Assembly: GCA_002717385.1 (NCBI GenBank)
Contig: PBDR01000017.1
Coordinates: 8,847 to 72,846 of the forward strand
Source of the DNA: Chloroflexota bacterium
GTDB lineage: Bacteria > Chloroflexota > Dehalococcoidia > Lucifugimonadales > Lucifugimonadaceae
Reading direction: 5' to 3'
DNA: 64,000 nt
The first letter of the stretch is position 1, and every line of letters begins with the position of its first letter. The notes under the pieces are model-generated. The model did no database searches. It saw only the letters and a list, made by a program, of their open reading frames with translations, and was not told the origin of the DNA. Below, one piece after another: positions 1 to 10,031 of this stretch. The translations under genes were made by a program, and so were the position numbers.

Positions 1-1
1 T

Positions 2-1294
2 TTCCCAATTAGTGAACTAAGATTTGGTAGATCATTTATAAAAGCAATAGGACAAATTAAACTTTCTGCAGCTAAGGCTAATAAAGAATTAGGAGTCCTT
101 GACAATAAAATTGCTGACGCAATAATTGACGCTTCATTAAAAGTAATTAATGGTGATTTTGATGACGAATTTGTAGTAGATGTTTTCCAAACTGGTTCAG
201 GCACTTCTACTAATATGAATGCCAATGAAGTAATTTCAAATATAGCTATAGAATCACTTAACGGGAAATTAGGTTCTAAAGATCCTGTTCATCCTAATGA
301 TCATGTTAATAAAGGTCAATCTTCAAACGATGTAATTCCAACAACTATTCATTTGGCAGCAGCAGTATCAATAAAAAATAGTTTGATCCCAAGTTTAAAA
401 AAATTAGAAAGTTCTTTAGAAATAAAATCTCAAGAATTTTGGAATGTTGTTAAAACTGGTAGAACACATCTACAGGATGCAACGCCTATAAGACTTGGAC
501 AAGAATTCCTGGGATATAAAGGACAAATTAATCATAGTATTATTCGTGCAAAAAAAGCTCTTGAGGAATTATCAGCATTAGCACTTGGTGGGACAGCTGT
601 TGGAACCGGAATAGGAATGCACCCTGACTTTGCAAAAAAAGTGATTTCAAATTTAAAATCAGAAACAGACATAAATTTTTATGAGACGGAAAATCATTTT
701 CAATCTCAAAGTTCAATTGATAACTGCGTATCAGCTTCAGGAATAATGAAAACTATAGCTGTTAGTCTAATGAAAATTGCTAATGATATAAGATGGCTCG
801 GTTCCGGACCTAGAGCGGGTATAGGAGAGATTACTCTCCCAGAAGTTCAACCAGGTTCTTCAATAATGCCAGGAAAAGTTAATCCCGTAATAGCAGAATC
901 AGTAACAATGGTTTGCGCCCAGGTTATAGGAAACGACTCCACTATAACAATTGCTGGTCAATCAGGTAATTTCGAACTTAATGTAATGATGCCAGTTGCA
1001 GCTCATAATCTATTGGAATCCATTGATTTACTTTCTAAAGTATCTGAAAATTTTGCAATACAATGTATAGACGGATTAAAATCTACTAATCAAGGACCTA
1101 AAATGGTAATGAACGGTTTGGCAATATGTACAGCTTTGGCACCTATAATAGGATATGATAAAGCAGCAAAAATCGCTCATGAAGCATCTCATACTGGTGA
1201 AACCATTAAGGAAACAGCTTTAAGATTAACTAACCTTTCAGATTCTGAACTTGATAATATTCTTGAACCTTTAGGAATGACTGAACCAAAATAA
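2..1294 (+). CDS. fumC: Fumarate hydratase class II (5' end outside window)
   Basis: Frame 2 stays open to the window edge. Motifs FQTGSGTSTNMNANEV, TGRTHLQDATPIRLGQEF and the fumarate-lyase signature GSSIMPGKVNP. Confidence 0.9.
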   Translation, partial: FPISELRFGRSFIKAIGQIKLSAAKANKELGVLDNKIADAIIDASLKVINGDFDDEFVVDVFQTGSGTSTNMNANEVISNIAIESLNGKLGSKDPVHPNDHVNKGQSSNDVIPTTIHLAAAVSIKNSLIPSLKKLESSLEIKSQEFWNVVKTGRTHLQDATPIRLGQEFLGYKGQINHSIIRAKKALEELSALALGGTAVGTGIGMHPDFAKKVISNLKSETDINFYETENHFQSQSSIDNCVSASGIMKTIAVSLMKIANDIRWLGSGPRAGIGEITLPEVQPGSSIMPGKVNPVIAESVTMVCAQVIGNDSTITIAGQSGNFELNVMMPVAAHNLLESIDLLSKVSENFAIQCIDGLKSTNQGPKMVMNGLAICTALAPIIGYDKAAKIAHEASHTGETIKETALRLTNLSDSELDNILEPLGMTEPK

Positions 1295-1310
1295 ATTAGG
1301 AGCTATTAAA

Positions 1311-1769
1311 ATGCAAATTGAAAAAAGATTAAAAAAACTAAATATACAATTACCCGATACACCAAAACCAATAGCAAATTACGTACCAAGTGTTAAAACA
1401 GGAAATTTAATTTTTTTATCTGGTCAAGGTCCTATGGATAAGGCAGGAAATTATATTTCTGGTAAAGTCGGTGTAGATTTTAATTTAGATGATGCATATG
1501 ATGCTGCACGTACAGTAGGATTACAACTAATATCCATACTAAAATCTGAAATACAAGATTTAGATAAAGTTAAAAGAATCGTTAAGCTTCTAGGAATGGT
1601 AAATGCAGGAGGAAATTTCACAGATCACCCTAAAGTAATTAATGGGTGTTCAGATTTGCTAGTTGCAGTTTTTGAAGCAAAAGGTAAACATGCAAGATCT
1701 GCTGTTGGAATGGGTAGCTTACCTGGAAATATCCCTGTTGAAATAGAAATGATAGTTGAAATTGAATAA
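1311..1769 (+). CDS. RidA/YjgF/UK114-family protein
   Basis: 152 aa with a YjgF-like C-terminus ARSAVGMGSLPGNIPVEIEMIVEI. Starts 16 nt after fumC. Confidence 0.75.
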   Translation: MQIEKRLKKLNIQLPDTPKPIANYVPSVKTGNLIFLSGQGPMDKAGNYISGKVGVDFNLDDAYDAARTVGLQLISILKSEIQDLDKVKRIVKLLGMVNAGGNFTDHPKVINGCSDLLVAVFEAKGKHARSAVGMGSLPGNIPVEIEMIVEIE

Positions 1770-1772
1770 TCA

Positions 1773-1802
1773 TTTAAATCTCTTATTTAATAGAGATTTA
1801 AA
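1773..1802 (+). terminator. Candidate hairpin after the RidA-like gene
   Basis: Perfect 11-bp inverted repeat tttaaatctct / agagatttaaa with an 8-nt loop, just 3' of the stop. The stem is all A/T-rich and no clear T-tract follows, so support is weak. Confidence 0.3.
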
Positions 1803-1814
1803 ATAGATTATCTT

Positions 1815-3008
1815 ATGGGTTCTTCGACTGTAGAAAATCTCAAACCCCTTATTTTTTCAGTTTACATTCCAACTTTTTTATTCGCAGTAGCTCAAGGTTT
1901 ATTAATTCCTATACTTCCTATTCATGCAAGAGATAATCTAGGTGCAAATGAAGCTCTAATTGGAATGGTAGTAGGCGCAAGATATCTAGGAGCAATGACT
2001 TTTGATATACCTTCAGGTATATTGATTTCATCTTTTGGTTTAAGAAAAACGATGATAACAGGAATTATAGTTTTTGCATTAGCATCAATTTGTGCAGCCC
2101 TTAGTCCAACAATATTACTTTTAATAATTTCAAGAATTACTGCTGGAATTAGCCTTTCATTATGGGGTATATCAAGACATTCATATATAGCAGTAAGTGT
2201 AAAATCTTCCATTAGAGGTAGAGCATTATCATTATTCGGTGGAATCGCAAGGATTGGCATGATTATTGGTCCAATATTGGGAGGTATATTAGCTCAATAT
2301 ACCAACATATTAATACCATTTTATACTCAAACATTAATAGCCATAATTATATTAATTCTAGCGTTATTTTCTGCACGTACTCTTACAATAAAATCAGATA
2401 CTTTTGATAATAATTTCTCTCTAAAAGCTACAATGTATACTTTTAGTAAATTTAGAAAAGATTTCTTTACATTAGGTGTTGTAGCAGTAGCAATTCAATT
2501 CCTAAGAGCCGCAAGAGAATTCATAATCCCTGTGTGGGGAGATGATATAGGTCTTCGAGTAGATGAAATAGGTTTTGTTACTGGAATATCATACCTTGTG
2601 GATGCATTAATGTTTCCTATAGCAGGGATAGTTATGGATAAATATGGTAGAAAATCATCCGCAATTCCAGCACTTATATTAATTGGCATATCACTTGCAT
2701 TAATTCCATTTTCTACAAGTTACTTACTTCTAATAATAGTTGGGATTATTGCTGGTATAGGTAATGGCATTTCTAGCGGATTAATTCTCACTATTGGATC
2801 TGATTTATCACCTAAAAATCGCCCTGGTGAATTTTTAGGGATATGGAGATTTATTTCTGATAGCGGAGGAGTTGTCGCACCTCTATATATAGGCTGGTTA
2901 GCTACAATAACTACCTTAGCTTTGTCGTCAACATTATCTTCAGGTATAGCTGTTTTTGGGTTATTACTAATTTTTATCTCAAAAGAGACAAAAGATAGAA
3001 ACGATTAA
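1815..3008 (+). CDS. MFS-type transporter
   Basis: 397 aa with about 12 hydrophobic segments and a loop motif GLRKTMITG resembling MFS motif A. Confidence 0.7.
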   Translation: MGSSTVENLKPLIFSVYIPTFLFAVAQGLLIPILPIHARDNLGANEALIGMVVGARYLGAMTFDIPSGILISSFGLRKTMITGIIVFALASICAALSPTILLLIISRITAGISLSLWGISRHSYIAVSVKSSIRGRALSLFGGIARIGMIIGPILGGILAQYTNILIPFYTQTLIAIIILILALFSARTLTIKSDTFDNNFSLKATMYTFSKFRKDFFTLGVVAVAIQFLRAAREFIIPVWGDDIGLRVDEIGFVTGISYLVDALMFPIAGIVMDKYGRKSSAIPALILIGISLALIPFSTSYLLLIIVGIIAGIGNGISSGLILTIGSDLSPKNRPGEFLGIWRFISDSGGVVAPLYIGWLATITTLALSSTLSSGIAVFGLLLIFISKETKDRND

Positions 3009-3860
3009 CTACAGATTTGTTTCAACCAATTCAATCAAATCTGATATACACACAGAATCTTCCTTAGGACTTCTTCCATCAACCCAATCCTTTGATTCTC
3101 CCGACATACCTTCTACAGCTCCATGTTCCACACTTTTTTTAACCCATTGATATGCTTCATCAACAGTTGGAAGTAAATTCATTCCTGTTTTAATTGACAT
3201 ATCGGCAACTAAACCATAACCTCCCCAATTAGAACAACTAGCAATTATTAATTCTTTAGTAGTTGTAACACATGGATCTTTAGGTAGATTTTTTATAGTT
3301 GGTATAACCTTTTTTAAATTTCCCATTCCTATTTCATTACCACCATCACCTATACCGATAGTATATGGATGTTGGTCAAATAAATGATCTATTTTTGCAT
3401 TATATTCTGAAAAATCTTCTCCTCTCCAATTCCTATAAGTTCCATCATTCAATAAACCTGCTCGCTCAATTGATAAGATAACACCAATATTCCTGCTATT
3501 GAGTAAATTTTCTGAAAAAAGTGCTGATTCTCTATGTGAAGTAATAGGAAATTTAATTACTTCTAAATCGCCTGCGAGAGCCTTAAGGACTTGATAAGAA
3601 TATTCATCTGTGACCAATGAAGTTTTTAAACCAATTTTATTTAAAGCATTTGAAATTGCGATAGCACCAGGTGGCCCATCAGTTTCTGGAGATTTTGCTT
3701 TTAAAATATAAAAACCTGTAACAATTAAAATCTCTCCTTCAGATTTAAGAAGTAAATCAGAGGCATTCGATACATAATTTTCACACATAAACTCACTTAA
3801 ATGTTTCATCCCTCTAAAATCTTCTTGAAGAATTATGTCTTGTATCTTTTTGTAAATCAT
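3009..3860 (-). CDS. DUF4392-like protein (D-glutamate-cyclase N-domain family)
   Basis: 283 aa with a GIGDGGNEIGMG motif. Lies 11 nt downstream of the DUF1445 gene on the same strand. Confidence 0.6.
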   Translation of the reverse strand: MIYKKIQDIILQEDFRGMKHLSEFMCENYVSNASDLLLKSEGEILIVTGFYILKAKSPETDGPPGAIAISNALNKIGLKTSLVTDEYSYQVLKALAGDLEVIKFPITSHRESALFSENLLNSRNIGVILSIERAGLLNDGTYRNWRGEDFSEYNAKIDHLFDQHPYTIGIGDGGNEIGMGNLKKVIPTIKNLPKDPCVTTTKELIIASCSNWGGYGLVADMSIKTGMNLLPTVDEAYQWVKKSVEHGAVEGMSGESKDWVDGRSPKEDSVCISDLIELVETNL

Positions 3861-3871
3861 CTCTAAAAAAA

Positions 3872-4672
3872 TTAGATCATTGCTATCTGTTCATCATTAA
3901 CATCTGTCACAAACATATGGCCAGGAAAATGTGTAATCATTAATTTAGGCTTACTTTGCAACACAACTGCCTGAGGAGTAACACCACATGCCCAAAAAAC
4001 TGGTATGTCATCATGATTTATTTTTGTATAAGGATCCCCATAGTCAGGATTTGACAAATCCTCTATCCCTATCTTATCTGGTTCTCCTATATGAATTGGA
4101 GCTCCATGAACTGTTGGAAATCGGGATGTCGATTGAATAGATCTGACAAGTTTATCTCGTGGTATCCATCTCTGGCTAACTACTAAAGGACCTGAAAACA
4201 ATCCTGATGGTTCTGTTTGAATGTTAGTTATGAACATGGGTACATTCTTTCCAGAATTATAATATGGCAAATCAATACCATTTCTAACCAATGAATGCTC
4301 AAAGGTAAAACTACAACCTAACAAGAATGTAACAAGGTTATCATCCCAAAAGTCAAGGATATCTAAAGGTTCTGATATAAGTTGACCATTTTGATAAACC
4401 TTATATCTAGGTACATCAGTCCTAATATCTGAATTAGGTGCAGAAATTTTTGCATTGTAGCTACCTACATCAAAAACTTCAATGACTGGGCATGGTTTAG
4501 GATTTCTTTGGCAAAAAACCAAAAAATCGAATGCATATTCTTTAGGAAGAATAACTACATTCGATTGAACATAATTTGGTGCATGCCCACTTGTAGTATC
4601 AGAAAACCTACCATTTCGCGCAGATTCTCTTATTTTTTTACCAGTTGTATAAATTTCCAAAATAAATTCCAA
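3872..4672 (-). CDS. UPF0317/DUF1445 putative hydro-lyase (D-glutamate-cyclase-like)
   Basis: 266 aa with N-terminus TSGHAPNYVQSNVVILPKEYAFDFLVFCQRNPKPCPVIEV, typical of the family. Confidence 0.7.
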   Translation of the reverse strand: MEFILEIYTTGKKIRESARNGRFSDTTSGHAPNYVQSNVVILPKEYAFDFLVFCQRNPKPCPVIEVFDVGSYNAKISAPNSDIRTDVPRYKVYQNGQLISEPLDILDFWDDNLVTFLLGCSFTFEHSLVRNGIDLPYYNSGKNVPMFITNIQTEPSGLFSGPLVVSQRWIPRDKLVRSIQSTSRFPTVHGAPIHIGEPDKIGIEDLSNPDYGDPYTKINHDDIPVFWACGVTPQAVVLQSKPKLMITHFPGHMFVTDVNDEQIAMI

Positions 4673-4758
4673 TTAATAGTTATTTAAAAGTAAAATAAAA
4701 ATTTGTTTGTGTATATCTTATTTATACACAGTATAAAAAATTTTGACGGAAAGAAAAA

Positions 4759-5913
4759 ATGAAAATCAAAAGGATCGACCAATTTTCACCAAGACCTAGA
4801 ACCAGATTAATTAGAATTTCGACTGATATTGGAATAGATGGATGGGCTGAAAGTACTCTCGAAGGAAAACCTAAGTCTGTAACTGCAGCAATAGAAGAAT
4901 ATTCAGAATATTTAATTGGTAAAAACCCACTTACCATAGAAAAACATTGGCAACAAATGTATAGATCGGCTTTTTTTAGAGGAGGTGTTCATAATATGAG
5001 TGCTATAGCTGCTATAGATGCGGCACTTTGGGATATTGCAGGAAAACATTATAATGTCCCTAGTTACAATCTTATGGGGGGAAAAGTTAGAGATAAGATC
5101 AGAGTATATGCTCATTGGGGATTGCAGGATCTAAGTGATGAATCAAAATCTGCTTCTAAAGAAAGGTTGAAACATTTATCAAAACTTGGATACACGGCTT
5201 ATAAGTCTGGTCCTCCAGGATTATGGCGAGCTCACGAACCTCCATCAAGAATAGATGAATTCGTAGAAATAGCTTACACACTTAGAGAATGGGTTGGATC
5301 AGAGGTTGAATTATGTTTTGATTTTCATGGGAAGATGACCCCAGCTCTCGCGATAGAAGTATGTAATGAAATTAAAGGTATGAGACCAATGTTCGTCGAA
5401 GAACCTGTCCCTCAGGAAAACCCTGAAGCTCTAAAATTGGTTTCCGATCATGTAACTTTTCCAATTGCTACTGGTGAAAGATTACTTAACAGATGGGAAT
5501 TTAGAGAAGTAATCCAATCTCAGGCAGTGGCGCTTTTACAACCTGATGTAGCGCATTGTGGGGGTCCATCCGAGTTAAAAAAAATAGCTAATTTTGCTGA
5601 AATATATTATCAACATATAATGCCACATTGTGCAATTGGACCACTAGCTCTTGCAGCATGTATGTTAGTTGATTCGGTAGTACCAAATTTTCTAATTCAG
5701 GAACAAGTAGATCAAGCATTAGGTAATGGGTTATTAAAAGAAGACTGGAAAGTTGAATCTGGACATATCACTTTATGGAAAAAACCTGGACTAGGAGTTG
5801 AAGTCGATGAAAATGAAGCAACAAAAAATTATAACGGTCCAGAATATGGATATCATGCTGAACTTGGAGGAGAAACCTATTTTAAAGATGACAATTCGGT
5901 TGCAGACTGGTAA
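4759..5913 (+). CDS. Enolase-superfamily enzyme, D-galactonate-dehydratase-like
   Basis: 384 aa. DgoD-like N-terminus (IGIDGWAESTLEGKP...LIGKNP...WQQMYRSAFFRGG). Ligand/acid-base motifs FDFHGK, FVEEP, ATGERL, QPDVAHCGG. Confidence 0.8.
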   Translation: MKIKRIDQFSPRPRTRLIRISTDIGIDGWAESTLEGKPKSVTAAIEEYSEYLIGKNPLTIEKHWQQMYRSAFFRGGVHNMSAIAAIDAALWDIAGKHYNVPSYNLMGGKVRDKIRVYAHWGLQDLSDESKSASKERLKHLSKLGYTAYKSGPPGLWRAHEPPSRIDEFVEIAYTLREWVGSEVELCFDFHGKMTPALAIEVCNEIKGMRPMFVEEPVPQENPEALKLVSDHVTFPIATGERLLNRWEFREVIQSQAVALLQPDVAHCGGPSELKKIANFAEIYYQHIMPHCAIGPLALAACMLVDSVVPNFLIQEQVDQALGNGLLKEDWKVESGHITLWKKPGLGVEVDENEATKNYNGPEYGYHAELGGETYFKDDNSVADW

Positions 5914-5949
5914 ACAAAAAACATACTAGATTTTTTCTTAATTCTGTTT

Positions 5950-7131
5950 CTATAAAAATGCATCCCATTCACGTGGGCTGGAAGTTAGAATTTCGCATCC
6001 ATCTTCAGTAACTAAAGTAGTATCTTCAATGTTAATGCTACCAACACCTTTAACCCTCATAGTAGGCTCCACCACAACTATCATTCCAGGTTCCAACGGC
6101 TTATCTGACCCTTCTACTAAAAAAGGAGGTTCATGCGCTACTCTCCCTAATGAATGACCTGCTTGTGGAGTCAAGGAATCATATCCCTCTTCTTCAAACA
6201 TTTGCATCGTTAAACGATATAGATCTGATGGCAATACACCTGGACGTACAGTTGCTCTCAATTCCTTGTTCATTCGTAAAATTGCAGCATGGGCCCTTTT
6301 TGCTTCATCAGAAAGACCACCATTCCATGCAAGTGATCTAGATTGATCAGATACATAACCGTTCCACCAACCACTAGCGTCTATTCTAAGTATCTCACCC
6401 TTCTTTAATTTCTCTTCAGTGGGACCGGCGAACAAAGCACCTTTAGGCCCAAAACCTACATCTGTCCATAAGTGGCGAGAAGCACGTTCTGCAAAAGCTA
6501 CTCCAAGATAACGCTCCAAATCCCATTCGGTCATACCTTCATAGGCTATTTTCTCATAAATAGAATTAATCACTTCACTTGTTATGTCTGATGCTTTTCT
6601 TATACGATTAATTTCTTCCTTTGATTTGATCATTCGTAACTCCCAAAGGATAGGCTCTGCGTCCACTAATGTGGCCATCGGTAAAAATTCCCTTAAATCC
6701 TCAGCGAATTGCATTTCTATATGGCGCCATTCTACTCCAATCCGCCCTTTATCAAGATTTTTTTCTCGTAAAACTTGTGCGACCCTTGCTATCGGATTAT
6801 CAGCAGAATCCATTTGGTTATCTGAACCATCAACAACAAAAAGGGGACCCCAATAACGAACATCTTTTATCCAAATATTGTAATTCTCTGGATACCCAGT
6901 TTGTGAAGATGGAGCGATATAAAACGGATCAATATTTTCATCTTTTGGAAGACCAACAAATGAGGCGGCATAATTTTCTCCATCCTCTGTCAGAAAATTT
7001 TCCTTATCAAACCATCTCATCCATTCAACATCAGTTAAGTATTCAACATTAGGTTTTGTTCCAGCTAATATCACATCAATATTGCGTAAATGCATTGCAC
7101 TGGATAATTTTTCGTAATCAAAAAGTCGCAT
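5950..7131 (-). CDS. M24-family metallopeptidase (Xaa-Pro peptidase / creatinase / ectoine-hydrolase-like)
   Basis: 393 aa pita-bread fold with all five metal ligands in context: RIDASG, VSDQSRS, GHSLG, VVVEPT, NIEDT. Confidence 0.75.
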   Translation of the reverse strand: MRLFDYEKLSSAMHLRNIDVILAGTKPNVEYLTDVEWMRWFDKENFLTEDGENYAASFVGLPKDENIDPFYIAPSSQTGYPENYNIWIKDVRYWGPLFVVDGSDNQMDSADNPIARVAQVLREKNLDKGRIGVEWRHIEMQFAEDLREFLPMATLVDAEPILWELRMIKSKEEINRIRKASDITSEVINSIYEKIAYEGMTEWDLERYLGVAFAERASRHLWTDVGFGPKGALFAGPTEEKLKKGEILRIDASGWWNGYVSDQSRSLAWNGGLSDEAKRAHAAILRMNKELRATVRPGVLPSDLYRLTMQMFEEEGYDSLTPQAGHSLGRVAHEPPFLVEGSDKPLEPGMIVVVEPTMRVKGVGSINIEDTTLVTEDGCEILTSSPREWDAFL

Positions 7132-7185
7132 ATTCTTTATCAGAATTTAGTTTATTACTTACAAAGTTAAATTAAAAGATAAAAT

Positions 7186-8022
7186 TTAATTCAATATTGC
7201 TCCACCATTAACATTTATGGCTTGACCAGTTATTTTACTAGCATCATCTGAAGATAAGAAAGCTACTGTCTTCCCAATATGATGTGGAGTTTGTGGTCGG
7301 CCTAGCGGCATGTATCCTTTAATCAACTCTAAAAATATTTCATAAGGAGAATAATCAGCATAATCAGGGTTAGTTTCTTTATGGTTAATAGCAATAGATT
7401 CCCAAATTGAAGTCCATAAACGTCCAGGACATACCGCATTTACGTTAATATTATATCTACCTAAATCTATGGCCATCTGATGCATATATTGAATGGCAGC
7501 TGCCTTTGAAACCATATAAGGATGTTGTCCGGTTCCTCTTCCTTTTTCTCCTACCCCTCTAGGTTTACGTCCACCATGGGAGGCTATTATCACTATTTTT
7601 CCAGATTCTTTTGATATCATATCTCCTTTAACTGCTTCAACAGTATTTACAACCCCTTTAACATTAACTCCCCAAGTAGATTCCCAATCTTCATCTATAA
7701 AATTCTTTCTGTTTTCGAATCCTTTTGAACCAATTACACCTGCATTCGGAACACAAATATCAATTTTCCCATATTGATCAATAACTTTATCCACAAAAGT
7801 TTTTATAGAATCTTGATTAGTAACATCCACAGATCCTAAAATTATTTCTTTACCATTATCTGATACAGATTTTTCTAAATTAAGAAAATCTTTTTTATCT
7901 AAATCACAAACTGCCAAAATAGCACCACGTTCAGACAAAATTTCAGCTATACCTTGACCTATTCCTCTTGCAGCGCCAGTAATAAAAGCAACTTTACCAT
8001 GTAAATCAGTTGAAGTTGTCAT
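7186..8022 (-). CDS. Short-chain dehydrogenase/reductase (SDR)
   Basis: TGAARGIGQGIA cofactor motif, NAG motif, YMVSKAA catalytic Y-x3-K. Confidence 0.8.
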   Translation of the reverse strand: MTTSTDLHGKVAFITGAARGIGQGIAEILSERGAILAVCDLDKKDFLNLEKSVSDNGKEIILGSVDVTNQDSIKTFVDKVIDQYGKIDICVPNAGVIGSKGFENRKNFIDEDWESTWGVNVKGVVNTVEAVKGDMISKESGKIVIIASHGGRKPRGVGEKGRGTGQHPYMVSKAAAIQYMHQMAIDLGRYNINVNAVCPGRLWTSIWESIAINHKETNPDYADYSPYEIFLELIKGYMPLGRPQTPHHIGKTVAFLSSDDASKITGQAINVNGGAILN

Positions 8023-8179
8023 AAGTTCCTCCGAATATAAACTATCAAATTTGATAAATAATAAAACACATAGAAAAACACAATTATTGTATATTATGAT
8101 TCTTCATATTGTAATTATATTAAACTAACACCTAAAATTAAATTATTATAACTTTACTTCCTACTATAACCTAAAAAAA

Positions 8180-9517
8180 TTGCCAAATTACAATACAAAT
8201 AACACAAAATTAGAATCATTAGTTTCTTTAGCAAAAAGAAGAGGTTTTATTTTTCAGAGTTCCGAAATTTATGGGGGCTTGGCTAGTACATGGGACTACG
8301 GGCCTATAGGGGTAGAATTAAAACGTAATGTTAAGGAACAATGGTGGAAATCTTTTGTAACAAATAGAGAAGATATAGTAGGTATTGATGCTTCTATACT
8401 CATGCATCCTTCAGTCTGGGAAGCATCAGGACACTTAAATAATTTTTCTGATCCACTAGTAGAATGCAAAAAATGTAAAAAAAGATTCCGCGAGGATATG
8501 ATTGAATCTAATTCTTGTCCTGAATGTAATGGTGAATTAGGTGAATCTAGACAATTCAACCTTATGTTCAAAACATTTATGGGTCCTATAGAAAACGAAT
8601 CATCAATTGTTTATATGCGTCCAGAAACAGCTCAAGCAATGTTCGTTAATTTTGACAATGTTCAAACCACTACCAGAAAAAAAATACCTTTTGGAATAGC
8701 TCAAATAGGAAAATCATTCAGAAATGAAATCACTCCTGGAAATTTTACATATAGGACCAGAGAATTTGAACAAATGGAAATGGAATATTTTTGCGCGCCA
8801 CAAAATGATGAAAAATGGTACAAATATTGGATAGAATTTTCACTTAACTGGTTCATTTCACGTGGTATCAGAAAAGATAAATTAAGAATTAGAAAACATA
8901 CAAATAATGAAATTCCTCATTACTCTAAAGGTTCTTCCGATATAGAATTTAAATTTCCATGGGGATGGGGGGAATTAGAAACTATTTCTAACAGAACTGA
9001 CTATGATTTAAAAGCTCATTCAAAAAAAAGTGGAAAAGATTTGACATATTTTGATCAAATTAATAACGAACGTTTTTTCCCTTACGTAATTGAACCAGCT
9101 ATGGGAGCCGATAGATCTACATTAGCTTTCCTCTCTGATGCTTATGATGAAGAAAATCACAAAAAAGAAAAAAGAACTGTCCTCAGATTTCATCCAGAAA
9201 TAGCACCTATAACAGTCGCAGTTTTACCTTTATCCAGAAATGAAAAACTAATTCCTATGTCAAAAAAAATATACGAATCATTACTTGGTAAATTCAATGT
9301 AGAATATGATGATTCCCAAAGCATAGGTCGTAGGTACAGGCGTCAAGATGAAATAGGTACTCCGTTATGTATCACTATAGATTTTGAAACTATAGAAAAA
9401 GATAATTCAATAACCATTAGAAATCGCGACAATATGGAACAAATAAGAATTAGTACTGATAATTTACTAAAAGGAATTAATGATCAATTAGAATCGATAA
9501 AAAATTCTTATATTTAA
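8180..9517 (+). CDS. glyQS: Glycine--tRNA ligase, single-chain (alpha2) type
   Basis: TTG start. Motifs [44 protein letters not shown], and an anticodon-binding C-terminus. Confidence 0.9.
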   Translation: MPNYNTNNTKLESLVSLAKRRGFIFQSSEIYGGLASTWDYGPIGVELKRNVKEQWWKSFVTNREDIVGIDASILMHPSVWEASGHLNNFSDPLVECKKCKKRFREDMIESNSCPECNGELGESRQFNLMFKTFMGPIENESSIVYMRPETAQAMFVNFDNVQTTTRKKIPFGIAQIGKSFRNEITPGNFTYRTREFEQMEMEYFCAPQNDEKWYKYWIEFSLNWFISRGIRKDKLRIRKHTNNEIPHYSKGSSDIEFKFPWGWGELETISNRTDYDLKAHSKKSGKDLTYFDQINNERFFPYVIEPAMGADRSTLAFLSDAYDEENHKKEKRTVLRFHPEIAPITVAVLPLSRNEKLIPMSKKIYESLLGKFNVEYDDSQSIGRRYRRQDEIGTPLCITIDFETIEKDNSITIRNRDNMEQIRISTDNLLKGINDQLESIKNSYI

Positions 9518-9525
9518 ATAAATAT

Positions 9526-10029
9526 ATGCGAGTTATATCTAATTATTTTTTACTATTTTCAATTTTTTCAATTTTTATTCTAAGTTGTAATGCTGATAAT
9601 ATTCAAAAAGAGGAGAAACATCATTTTTCATACACTGGCGAGACACTTTTTGGAGAAAAGTATGACAGTAAAAAATTTTTAGGAAAACCTATGATAATAA
9701 ATTTTTGGTTTCCCTCTTGTCCACCTTGCACATATGAATTTGAAATTTTGGAAAAAACTTACCAACAATATAATAATTCAATAGGATTCCTAGGAGTAAT
9801 GCAACTTGGATTAGACACTGAAGATGACGGTAGAAAATTTATGACTGAAAGAAACATATCATTTCAATCTATATCTGACAATGAAAATATTATAAATAAA
9901 TATGATATAAATTATTTTCCTACTACACTATTTTTAGATAAAAATCATAACGTAGTTGATTCATGGATAGGGGTAATAGATGAAAAAAATTTTACTGAAA
10001 AGTTAAAAGAGTTAAAATTATCGAAATAG
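9526..10029 (+). CDS. TlpA/ResA-like thiol:disulfide oxidoreductase (secreted or lipoprotein)
   Basis: Signal peptide with ILSC lipobox. Thioredoxin-fold active site WFPSCPPC. Confidence 0.7.
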   Translation: MRVISNYFLLFSIFSIFILSCNADNIQKEEKHHFSYTGETLFGEKYDSKKFLGKPMIINFWFPSCPPCTYEFEILEKTYQQYNNSIGFLGVMQLGLDTEDDGRKFMTERNISFQSISDNENIINKYDINYFPTTLFLDKNHNVVDSWIGVIDEKNFTEKLKELKLSK

Positions 10030-10031
10030 TA

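Noticed and set aside
1922-2689. Track ORFs 1922-2260(-) and 2495-2689(-), antisense inside the MFS transporter gene
   Set aside because: They are fully embedded antisense to a long ORF with a coherent 12-TM pattern. They have no motifs and an Ile/Pro/Ala-rich mirror composition typical of shadow ORFs.
8043-8056. Perfect 14-nt palindrome tatcaaatttgata upstream of the SDR gene. Similar cases are the 16-nt palindrome aaacttatataagttt at 38462-38477 and the two hairpins at 11848-11863 and 11869-11887 in the folP/pccB divergent spacer.
   Set aside because: They are pure A/T-rich inverted repeats. At this base composition, dozens of 7-8-bp arm palindromes are expected by chance in 64 kb. They could be operators, but the sequence alone does not support that.
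8023-8179. T-box or other leader upstream of glyQS
   Set aside because: The 157-nt spacer is almost pure A/T. It has no specifier-loop / T-box (..GGUGNRA..-type) element or stable stems.
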